A stretch of 64,000 bases of DNA from an uncultured Gammaproteobacteria bacterium. Lineage in GTDB: Bacteria; Pseudomonadota; Gammaproteobacteria; Xanthomonadales; SZUA-36. Location of the stretch: contig CAVPUV010000068.1 of NCBI GenBank assembly GCA_963708905.1, forward strand, positions 3,580 through 67,579. The letters run 5' to 3'. The translations under genes and the position numbers were made by a program. Shown here piece by piece: positions 9,583 to 23,200 of this stretch. How positions within the stretch are numbered: position 1 is the first letter of the stretch; the number at the start of each line of letters is the position of its first letter. The notes beneath the pieces are model-generated. The model was not told where the DNA came from. It saw nothing but the letters and a program-made list of their open reading frames with translations, and did not search any database.

Positions 9583-9667
9583 GGGGTCAGAGTAAAGTGC
9601 CAGAGTCATCCGGACCCGGATGCCCGCGACAACCTGGATGACGACTCTGGCACTTTACTCTGACCCC
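9583..9667. repeat. 85-bp palindromic MITE/REP-like element, copy B (inverted relative to A)
   Basis: Same terminal 25-mer GGGGTCAGAGTAAAGTGCCAGAGTC on both arms. The arm carrying the extra GTC is on the opposite side to copy A. The central roughly 20 nt are similar to the reverse complement of the centre of A. Confidence 0.85.
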
Positions 9668-9682
9668 AATTTTCAAGTTTCA

Positions 9683-10141
9683 TCAGTTCTGTACTTGCCA
9701 GCTGCCGTCGGCCTGACGGCACGCGGTGCCGTAAACCTGCTCCGTGTTGCCGCCGATGGTTGCATCCACGGTATATTCGCGACACGGCCCGCTGTTTGAT
9801 TCAATGGTGCTGGTAGGCGTCACGGCGTACTCATACCCGCTGTCGGGATTGACCCAGGTGCTGCGTACGCCGGTGCGCACGTTTTCCAGCGCCAGCGCCG
9901 TTTTCATCTGGTCCTGCTCATCCATGTGACGGCCAATGTTGCCGCCGATCATCGCGCCCGCCAGCGATCCGACGATGGTCGCAACCGCCCGGCCGCTGCC
10001 GCTGCCAATCTGGTTGCCGAGAACGCCGCCGGCAACGGCTCCAATCAACACGCCCTGGTCCTGTTGCGTGGGCATATCGGTACAGGCGGATACCAGCAGT
10101 ATCGAGCTGGCACATGAAATCAGCATCCATTTCTTTAACAT
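9683..10141 (-). CDS. glycine-zipper / 17-kDa surface-antigen-like lipoprotein
   Basis: Start chosen at ATG 10141, with RBS AAGAGGA 6 nt upstream. Lipobox LLVSAC. Glycine-zipper segment GAVAGGVLGNQIGSGSGRAVATIVGSLAGAMIGGNIG. Confidence 0.7.
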   Translation of the reverse strand: MLKKWMLISCASSILLVSACTDMPTQQDQGVLIGAVAGGVLGNQIGSGSGRAVATIVGSLAGAMIGGNIGRHMDEQDQMKTALALENVRTGVRSTWVNPDSGYEYAVTPTSTIESNSGPCREYTVDATIGGNTEQVYGTACRQADGSWQVQN

Positions 10142-10287
10142 CACCATTCCTCTTTTTAGCGCTTGAGGCACCCATGATACCCCGCAATTGGGGACTTCGC
10201 GATTCATTGACCACTTTGGATAGCGAACCGCATCGAATGGTTCCCGGGTTAGGCCGCACCACCAGGACCAGCGTGGAAATTCGGAAC

Positions 10288-12132
10288 TTATTTATACCCT
10301 GCAGCCTGCAGTGAGAACAGCCTGGCGTAGTGGCCATCCAGCTGTATCAGCTCCGCGTGGCTGCCGCGTTCGATGATCCTGCCATTTTCAATGACAACGA
10401 TCTGGCTGGCCATGCGCACGGTGGAAAAACGGTGCGAGATGAGAATGGCGATGCGGTTGTGCGTCAACTGGCGGAAGTGCTCGAATATTTCGGCTTCAGC
10501 AGCGGCATCCATGGACGCGGTGGGTTCATCGAGCACCAGAATATCGGCTTGCGTGCGCATGAAGGCGCGTGACAGGGCGATTTTCTGCCATTGGCCGCCG
10601 GACAATTCCTGACCGTTCTTGAACCACTTGCCGAGTTGCGTGCCATAGCCGGCGGGCAGTCCTTCGACCATGGCGGCGGCCATGCCCATGGCCGCCGCCT
10701 CGCGCCAGCGCGCCTCGCTGGTGAAATAACGCACGTCGCCGGCACCGATGTTCTCGCCCACCAGGAACTGGTAGCGGGCGAAATCCTGGAAGATGACGCC
10801 GATGCGCTGACGCAGTGCGCTCTCTTCCCAGTCGTTGAGGTCCAGGCCATCGAGCAGGATGCGCCCGCTGTCGGGCCGGCACAGGCGGGTCAGCAATTTG
10901 ATCAAGGTGGTCTTGCCCGAGCCATTCTCGCCCACCAGCGCCAGTGATTCACCGGGTTGGATATGCAGATCGATGTCCACCAGCGCCGCCTGGCTGGAGC
11001 CCGGGTAGGTGAAGCTGACATGCTCAAAGCGTATTCCGTCGGCAGGAAGCGGACCGAGCACGGCGCTGGCTTTTGCTTCCACCGCCGGCGTTTCCAGGTA
11101 TTCGTACAGCGTGGAAAGATAGAGGTTGTCCTCATACATGCCGCCGATTGAGGACAGGATGGCCGCAACGGCGGATTGCCCCTGGCGAAACAGCATCAGA
11201 TACATGGTCATCTGCCCCAGCGTTATGCGGCTGGCGATGGCGGCGGTGGCAATCCAGGCATAAGCCGCGTACAACGCCACCGTGCCAATCAATCCCAAGG
11301 CGAAACCCCAGCCGTCGCGGCGGATGGCCAGAGCACGGTCTTCCTTGTACAGGCGGCGATAAATATCCCGGTAGCGCTCCAGCAGTAAAGGACCCAGCCC
11401 GAACAACTTCACTTCCTTGACGTTGTCTTCTCGCGCCAGCACGGTCTCAAGATAAAGTTGCATCCGGGTTTCGGGGGAGCGCCAACGAAACAGGCGAAAG
11501 GCATCCGCGGAGAATTTGGTCTCGGCAAAGAAAGCCGGCAAACCGGCGATCAGCAGCACCACTACGGCCCAGGGCGAGAACTGCACCAGCAGCACGCCGT
11601 AACTCACCAGCGATACCAGGTTCTGCGCCAGACCGAAGGTGCGGGTCACCAGGGACAGCGGGCGGCTCGAGGCTTCGCGCCGGGCGCGGGTGAGCTTGTC
11701 GTAAAATTCGGCATCTTCGAACTGGGCCAGTTCCAGCGTCAGCGCCTTCTGCAGGATCATCACGTTGACCCGTTGACCCAATTGCGCGCGCAACAGTGCC
11801 TGGCACAATGAGATGCCGCGCTGCGCGCCGGACAAGGCTGCCACGATCGCCGCTTCGACGGCGACCAATGTGAACACCCGGTACGGGGAGGTCACGCCAC
11901 TCTCCTGCGCGGCCCGCGTCGCCGCGACCACCGCGTCGATGATCAGTGCGCCCACCCAGGCCATGGCCGCTGGCAGCGCACCGGCCAGCAGCGTGAGCAG
12001 GGCCAGTGCCACTGTCAGGCGGTGGTTGGTGGTCCACACCAGTTCCATAGCCCGCCGGCTGTAGCGGAATACGCCGAGAAAACCGCGGGTGGTGGCTTCA
12101 GCTGGAGTCGTGGATGGGGGATGATGCGCCAT
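10288..12132 (-). CDS. ABC transporter, fused permease/ATP-binding protein (MsbA-like exporter type)
   Basis: Walker A GENGSGKTTLIKLL, signature LSGGQWQKIALSRA, Walker B ILVLDEPT, and an N-terminal six-helix-like hydrophobic half. The start is uncertain: ATG 12132 was preferred over the TTG at 12240. Confidence 0.8.
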   Translation of the reverse strand: MAHHPPSTTPAEATTRGFLGVFRYSRRAMELVWTTNHRLTVALALLTLLAGALPAAMAWVGALIIDAVVAATRAAQESGVTSPYRVFTLVAVEAAIVAALSGAQRGISLCQALLRAQLGQRVNVMILQKALTLELAQFEDAEFYDKLTRARREASSRPLSLVTRTFGLAQNLVSLVSYGVLLVQFSPWAVVVLLIAGLPAFFAETKFSADAFRLFRWRSPETRMQLYLETVLAREDNVKEVKLFGLGPLLLERYRDIYRRLYKEDRALAIRRDGWGFALGLIGTVALYAAYAWIATAAIASRITLGQMTMYLMLFRQGQSAVAAILSSIGGMYEDNLYLSTLYEYLETPAVEAKASAVLGPLPADGIRFEHVSFTYPGSSQAALVDIDLHIQPGESLALVGENGSGKTTLIKLLTRLCRPDSGRILLDGLDLNDWEESALRQRIGVIFQDFARYQFLVGENIGAGDVRYFTSEARWREAAAMGMAAAMVEGLPAGYGTQLGKWFKNGQELSGGQWQKIALSRAFMRTQADILVLDEPTASMDAAAEAEIFEHFRQLTHNRIAILISHRFSTVRMASQIVVIENGRIIERGSHAELIQLDGHYARLFSLQAAGYK

Positions 12133-12222
12133 AAGACATGGTATTTTACAACCCCGAGCATAAGCTGCTGCGTTTTCTTTATTGAAAATATTAACTTCCA
12201 CAATACTGATGCTTGGGCTAGA

Positions 12223-16785
<4,563 letters not shown>

Positions 16786-16792
16786 AATTATC

Positions 16793-18229
16793 ATGACCAA
16801 GCCACATGACAATTTTGCTTTTCTGCAACGACCGCGCATCGACCCGGACGTATACCCGCTGGAAGTTCGCCGCAGTGAGTTCCGCGAGATTTACCAACCG
16901 TTCGTCCAGCAAGAAGCGGCAGACCAGGCTGAACGATGCCTGGACTGCGGCAATCCGTATTGCGAATGGAAATGCCCGGTCCACAACTACATACCCGATT
17001 GGCTCAAACTGGCAAACGCAGGCCGCATCATGGAAGCGGCCGACCTGTGCCATGAAACCAACAGCCTGCCGGAAGTCTGCGGCCGCATTTGTCCGCATGA
17101 CCGCTTGTGCGAACAGGCCTGCACCCTGCAGACCGGTTATGGCGCCGTCACCATCGGCGCCATGGAACGATATATTGTTGACGAGGCGCTGAAGCACGGC
17201 TGGCGCCCCGACATGTCCAGGGTCCGGCCCACACCCTGGAGCGTCGGGGTGGTCGGCGCCGGCCCGGCCGGATTGGCCTGTGCCGACGTACTGGCGCGCA
17301 ACGGCGTCAGCGTGACGGTATATGACCGTTATCCCGAGATTGGCGGTTTGCTGAGTTTTGGCATTCCCGATTTCAAGCTGGAATTGAAGGTCATGCGCAA
17401 ACGGCGCGAAGTGCTGGAGGACATGGGTATCCGGTTCCGCCTCACGTGTGAAATTGGCCGGGATATCCAGGCCCATGAATTGCTGAGCATGCATGATGCC
17501 CTGTTTTTCGGTACCGGCACGTATACGCCGGTGGATGCGCAGCTGCCCGGCACGGAGCGGGGCGGCGTGGTGCCGGCCTTGCCTTTTCTGATCGGCCAAA
17601 CGGCACACCTGTACGGGTTCGATTTACCGGACTACCCGCACATCAGCCTGGCCGGCCAGCGTGTCCTGGTCCTGGGCGGTGGTGACACGGCGATGGACTG
17701 CGTGCGTACCGCGGTGCGGCAAGGCGCCGCGTCAGTGCATTGTGTCTATCGCCGCGATCGCGGCAACATGCCCGGGTCGCAACGCGAAGTCGATCATGCG
17801 AAGAAAGAAGGAGTGCAGTTTGCCTTCAATACGGTGCCATTGGCTTTGCAACACCAGGATCAGAAACTACAAGGACTTCGTGTGGTGCGCACTCGCCTGG
17901 TGCCTGACGAGGCGGGTGGGCGGGCGCGGCCCGAGCCGATCGAAGGCAGTGAGGAAGTTCTGCCCGGCGACGCGGTCATTTTTGCTTTTGGTTATCGCCC
18001 CAGCCCGCCCGCCTGGTTGGAATCACTTGCTGTAAGCACCTGCAAGGACGGCCTGGTACAAACCGGCGAGCGCTTGCCCGGACAAACCAGCAATCCGGCC
18101 ATATTTGCCGGCGGTGACATGGTGCGGGGTTCCGACCTGGTGGTGACCGCCATTGCAGATGCCCGCCAGGCCGCGCAATCCATGCTGCAATACCTGCAAA
18201 TGCAGCAGCCACAACTCAAGCGAGCCTGA
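16793..18229 (+). CDS. gltD: glutamate synthase small subunit (enterobacterial-type)
   Basis: 478 aa, starting 7 nt after the gltB stop. Near-collinear with E. coli GltD (CLDCGNPYCEWKCPVHNYIPDWLKLA, VVGAGPAGLACA, GGGDTAMDCVRT). Confidence 0.9.
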   Translation: MTKPHDNFAFLQRPRIDPDVYPLEVRRSEFREIYQPFVQQEAADQAERCLDCGNPYCEWKCPVHNYIPDWLKLANAGRIMEAADLCHETNSLPEVCGRICPHDRLCEQACTLQTGYGAVTIGAMERYIVDEALKHGWRPDMSRVRPTPWSVGVVGAGPAGLACADVLARNGVSVTVYDRYPEIGGLLSFGIPDFKLELKVMRKRREVLEDMGIRFRLTCEIGRDIQAHELLSMHDALFFGTGTYTPVDAQLPGTERGGVVPALPFLIGQTAHLYGFDLPDYPHISLAGQRVLVLGGGDTAMDCVRTAVRQGAASVHCVYRRDRGNMPGSQREVDHAKKEGVQFAFNTVPLALQHQDQKLQGLRVVRTRLVPDEAGGRARPEPIEGSEEVLPGDAVIFAFGYRPSPPAWLESLAVSTCKDGLVQTGERLPGQTSNPAIFAGGDMVRGSDLVVTAIADARQAAQSMLQYLQMQQPQLKRA

Positions 18230-18234
18230 ATCGA

Positions 18235-18648
18235 TTGCCATTGCAGATCACCCCCACGCTTTCCATAGCGGATGATGAAATTCAACTGAGCGCCATTCGC
18301 GCCCAGGGTGCGGGTGGCCAGAACGTCAATAAAGTATCATCAGCGGTCCACCTGCGTTTCGATATCATTTCATCGTCACTGCCCGACCTGTGCAAACAGC
18401 GTCTTCTGGCCTTGCCGGACAGGCGCGTCAACGAGCGCGGCGTCATCGTCATCAAGGCACAACGATTCCGTACCCGGGAGCAGAATATTGCGGATGCGCT
18501 GGCACGCCTGCGGGTTTTAATCCAGGCAAGCCTCATCGAACCGCGACGCCGAATCGCCACCCGGCCGACACGTGCGTCCGGAGAGCGCCGCCTGGAAGGA
18601 AAAACCAGGCGCGGGCGCGTCAAGCAACTGAGGAGCAAAGTACAGTAG
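18235..18648 (+). CDS. arfB: alternative ribosome-rescue factor ArfB (YaeJ; peptidyl-tRNA hydrolase)
   Basis: 137 aa. GGQ motif (AQGAGGQNVNKVSSAV) plus a basic C-terminal tail. TTG start 5 nt after the gltD stop. Confidence 0.8.
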   Translation: MPLQITPTLSIADDEIQLSAIRAQGAGGQNVNKVSSAVHLRFDIISSSLPDLCKQRLLALPDRRVNERGVIVIKAQRFRTREQNIADALARLRVLIQASLIEPRRRIATRPTRASGERRLEGKTRRGRVKQLRSKVQ

Positions 18649-18650
18649 GC

Positions 18651-18806
18651 CTAGGGAAACTCTGATTAATTCAGAGTTTTCGTGGCACAGGGATGTGCCA
18701 CCATTTTCAATGAGTGCAACTCATTGAAAATGAAGCCAAACAAAAATCACATTTTTTGTTTGGCGTGCTCTGATAATGCATGGATGCATTATCAGAGCTT
18801 TCCTAG
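18651..18806. other. array of five distinct perfect hairpins closed by a 5-bp outer helix (function unknown)
   Basis: H1 18657-18679 (9 bp, loop TTAAT). H2 18682-18701 (8 bp, loop GGGA). H3 18702-18732 (14 bp, loop GCA). H4 18735-18764 (12 bp). H5 18767-18798 (14-15 bp). Outer pairing CTAGG 18651-18655 with CCTAG 18802-18806. Spacers are 0-2 nt and all stems are Watson-Crick without mismatch. Confidence 0.85.
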
Positions 18807-18904
18807 AAGGTTCCTGCTTTAGATGGTTGCAGCCCTGTACCTATGTTCTCATTCGTACTACAATGATCCTTACTGGAATTATTATCGACTGAAGGGACAT
18901 ATAC

Positions 18905-19357
18905 ATGGTCAAAATTAACGCAAACAACGCCCGCAAGGCGGATTTCATTTCCCTGATGGACGCACTGGCGCGGGCACATCACAAGTATTCCCTGTTTGAC
19001 GCCGAGGTGCACCGCCTGTCCGGCGCGGGTCTGACCGCGCCACAAGCAAAAGTCATTTTCTGCCTGGGCGACACCGACGGCATGCCCTGCAGCGAGATCA
19101 CTGAACAGACCCTGATCACCAAGGGTACTCTGACCGGTGTCATCGATCGCCTGGAGGCAAAAGGACTGGTGCAGCGGTGGAGCGACAGCGACGACGGACG
19201 CAAAATCATTGTCGATCTTACCCGTATGGGAGATCGCGTGTTCCAGCGTGAATATCCGCGCTATCTGGCGCAACTGAAACCACGCTTCGAGGCATTCAGC
19301 TCCCGTGAACTCAAACAGGCCGCTGCCTTGCTGGGCAGAATCGCCGATCAGTTCTGA
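18905..19357 (+). CDS. MarR-family transcriptional regulator
   Basis: 150 aa. Winged-helix pattern typical of MarR (LTAPQAKVIFCLG..., GLVQRWSDSDDGRKIIVDLT). Confidence 0.75.
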   Translation: MVKINANNARKADFISLMDALARAHHKYSLFDAEVHRLSGAGLTAPQAKVIFCLGDTDGMPCSEITEQTLITKGTLTGVIDRLEAKGLVQRWSDSDDGRKIIVDLTRMGDRVFQREYPRYLAQLKPRFEAFSSRELKQAAALLGRIADQF

Positions 19358-19414
19358 TGTGCTGTATATTTTGCTAAGTCAGTGCCTGCTAAAGTTTGAC
19401 CTGCAACAGGCATC

Positions 19415-19912
19415 ATGGACTGGATGATACTGTGGTGGTTGCTGGCGGGCCTGCTGGTCGTGGCGGGACTGGCCGGAACCGTGCTGCCCGCGCTGCCCGG
19501 AGTGCCGCTGGTGTTGGCCGGCCTGCTGATGGGCGCCTGGATCGGCAATTTCCAGGTCGTGGGTTGGCCAACCCTGGGTATTTTTGCCCTGCTGACCGTG
19601 CTGGCCCAGGCACTGGACTTTCTTGCCAGTGCTTTTGGCGCGCAGGTTGCGGGCGCCGGCGCCAGAGCGTTCTGGGGCGCGACAGCAGGCGCCCTCGTCG
19701 GCCTGTTTTTCGGCATTCCCGGCATGGTGCTGGGGCCATTTGTGGGTGCCATGCTGGGTGAAATCAGTGCCGGCAGCGGCTTGAGACAGTCCAGCCGCGC
19801 CGGCCTTGGCGCCTGGCTGGGCATGATGTTCGCCACCGCCATCAAACTGGCGATTGCGTTCCTCATGATCGGGATTTTTATTTTTCAATTGGGGTGGCAA
19901 GAAGTTACCTGA
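19415..19912 (+). CDS. DUF456-family small membrane protein
   Basis: 165 aa, four to five hydrophobic helices. The N-terminal LPALPGVPLVLAG motif resembles DUF456. Confidence 0.6.
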   Translation: MDWMILWWLLAGLLVVAGLAGTVLPALPGVPLVLAGLLMGAWIGNFQVVGWPTLGIFALLTVLAQALDFLASAFGAQVAGAGARAFWGATAGALVGLFFGIPGMVLGPFVGAMLGEISAGSGLRQSSRAGLGAWLGMMFATAIKLAIAFLMIGIFIFQLGWQEVT

Positions 19913-20040
19913 GGCACGCATCACCCGGGCGTGACGCATGACCCGCGCGGCTGCATCGGCGCCAAATTAACGCAAATTGATCAGAATTGTCCGGACGAAC
20001 CTTATGCAAGCTTGAACCCGGAAATCTTCTTGGTTTAGCG

Positions 20041-20235
20041 ATGGCGAATCAATCGCATCATGAAAGCGCTTACGGCCTCACTCCCAAGGACGAGCTCCCC
20101 GAATACCCGGAGTGGCTTGCTTTGCTCCTCGTGATGGTTTTCAAGTATAGTCAATGGTTCGATGAACACATACACGCAAAGAAGAACCGCAAGCACGTTC
20201 ACGTGCCGGCGAAACGACGACCGGGGGAGGGGTGA
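20041..20235 (+). CDS. hypothetical 64-aa protein with one hydrophobic helix, stop overlapping the gltB2 start region
   Basis: ATG 20041. Its stop TGA at 20233-20235 shares its A with ATG 20235 of the next gene (GTGATG). No convincing RBS and no recognised family. Confidence 0.3.
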   Translation: MANQSHHESAYGLTPKDELPEYPEWLALLLVMVFKYSQWFDEHIHAKKNRKHVHVPAKRRPGEG

Positions 20236-23200
20236 TGGCATATTCATCGCTTGATCCCTCAAGGGCGCCGCGTGCGCTGGCCGAGGCCAAAGGCCTGTAT
20301 GACAGTGCTTTCGAGCACGACTCCTGCGGTGTCAACTTCGTGGCCGACATCAAGGGCCGCCGCAGTCATAACATCGTCCAGATGGGCATCGGTGCTCTAT
20401 GCAATATGGAACACCGCGGTGCGGTGGGGTCTGACCAGAATACCGGCGATGGTGCGGGGGTTCTGCTGCAGATTCCGGACCGGTTCCTGCGCGCCGTCGT
20501 CCCGTTCGATCTTCCCCCGGAACGCGAGTACGCCACGGGCATAGTTTTCCTGCCGCAGAACCCGGTTCAAGCGGCCGCCGGAAAGAAAGAAGTCGACCGC
20601 ATCGTCAGGGATGAGGGGCTGGAAGTGCTCGGCTGGCGCAATGTCCCGATCAATGCGGATATGCTCGGCAGGGCGACCGTCGAGACGATGCCGACCATAC
20701 GCCAGATCTTCATCAGCGGCGCCGGGCTCGCCGGCATGGAACTCGAGCGCCGGGCGTACGTGATCCGCAAGCGCACCGAGCATGAGATCCGCATTTCCGC
20801 GGGCGGGAAAGAAGCCAGCGAAGCCATCGGCGGCGCTTCCGAGATGCACGAAGGGGTCTATTTTACCGGCCTGTCTTGCCGCACACTGATCTACAAGGGA
20901 ATGTTGATCGCAACCCAGCTGGCCTCTTTTTATCCGGACCTCTGCGACGAACGGGTCGAAAGTGCGATGGTTCTGGTGCACTCACGTTTCTCGACCAACA
21001 CCTTCCCTTCATGGTCGCTGGCGCATCCATTCCGCATGATCGCACACAACGGCGAAATCAATACCATCAAAGCCAACCGAAACTTCATGCGCGCGCGCGA
21101 ATTGCTGCTGGCAACAGACCTGATCCCCGGTGACCTCTCCCGCATCTTCCCGGTGTGCACGCCCGGCGCCTCTGATACGGCGGGATTCGACGAGGCGCTG
21201 GAACTGCTTTATATGGGCGGGTATTCCCTGCCGGATGCGATGCTGATGATGATTCCGGAGCCATGGGAAGGCCATGAACACATGGACCCGGACGTGCGTG
21301 CCTATTACCGCTATCACGCCTCGCTGATGGAGCCGTGGGACGGCCCGGCGTCCATTGCGTTCACTGACGGGCGCGTGATCGGCGCGGTGCTCGACCGCAA
21401 CGGCCTGCGCCCGTCTCGCTACTGGATCACCGATGACGATATTGTCATCATGGCATCGGAAGTCGGTGTCGTCGATATCCCGCAGCAGAAGATCATCGAG
21501 AAAGGCCGGCTCCAACCCGGAAAAATGTTCCTCATCGACGCCATCGAGGGCCGCATCGTTCGCGATGACGAGATCAAACGGCGCCTGGCGGCGAAGCACC
21601 CATACCAGGCGTGGCTCGACCAGCACATGATCCACATCGACGACATTGAGGACAGCCTGTCAAGGCGGCAAGAAACACTGGCCTTGGTCAAACGCCAGCA
21701 AGTCTTTGGCTATACCCACGAGGAACTGAAGCTGCTGATCGCGCCGATGGCAAGGGACGGCAAGGAGGCACTTGGCTCGATGGGTACCGACACACCGCTC
21801 GCAGTGCTGTCCGATCGCCCGAAACTGCTCTACGACTATTTCCAGCAGTATTTCGCACAGGTTACCAACCCACCCCTCGATGCCATTCGCGAAGAACTGG
21901 TTACCTCGATGCGCATCATGCTGGGCCCTGAAGGGAACCTCTTCGACCCCAGGCCGGAGTCGTGTGCGGTGATCGAACTCGACACGCCGGTCATCGCCAA
22001 CCACCAACTCGCCAAGTTGTTTAGCGTTGGCGCCGAAGTCGTCAACTGCCTCTACCCCGTCGCCAAAGGGGCCGAGGGACTGAGAGGCGCCCTCGATCGT
22101 GTGTTTGCGGAAATCGACGCAGTTATCGAACGAGGTGCATACGGCGTTGTCCTCAGCGATCGCGGGTCAACGGTCGAGCTGGCCCCGATCCCGGCACTGC
22201 TGGCGACCGCGGCTGCGCACCACCATCTGATTCGAACCAAGAACCGCACCAAAGTGGGTCTTATTGTCGAGACCGGCGAGGCCCGTGAGGTCCATCACAT
22301 CGCTCTACTGATCGGCTACGGTGCGGCAGCCGTGAACCCATATCTCGCTTTTGAGACCATCGATGATCTGGTCCAAACGGACGCTTACGGCCTGGGTCAT
22401 CTCGATCACAAGACGGCTCGCGCCAACTACATCATGGCGGCGACCGCGGGTATCCTAAAAATCATGTCCAAGATGGGCATTTCGACCGTTCAATCCTACA
22501 TCGGAGCCCAGATCTTCGAAGCGGTTGGTATCGGTCCGGAGCTGATCAAACAGCATTTCACCGGCACTACCAGCCGGCTCGCGGGAATCGGCCTCGATGT
22601 GGTTGCTGCAGAGGCCGCGTTGCGCCACCGGCTCGCGTTCAACGACCGGCCGGAGGAGCGAGCTCATCGCGGACTAGATTTCGGGGGGGATTACCAATGG
22701 CGGCGCGAAGGTGAGAGGCACCTTTTCAACCCCGAGACGGTCTTCAAGTTGCAGCACGCCACCCGCGAGCGCCGCTATGACATCTTTAAAGAGTACACCA
22801 CCCGGGTCGATCGCCAGTCGGCTGCAATGGCCACGCTGAGGGGCATGTTCCGTTTCCGGCTCGAAGACCGGCAGGCCGTTCCGATCGACGAGGTTGAACC
22901 GGTATCCGAGATCGTCAAGCGCTTCTCGACCGGCGCCATGTCGTATGGATCTATCTCCAAAGAGGCGCACGAGACGCTCGCCATCGCCATGAACCGGCTA
23001 GGCGCAAGGTCAAATACCGGCGAGGGCGGCGAAGATCCGGACCGGTACCAACGAGATCCTAACGGTGATCTGCGGCGCAGCGCCATCAAGCAGGTCGCCT
23101 CCGCCCGGTTTGGCGTGACTTCCGAGTATCTGGTGAATGCCGATGACCTCCAGATTAAAATGGCGCAGGGCGCCAAGCCCGGTGAGGGTGGGCAACTCCC

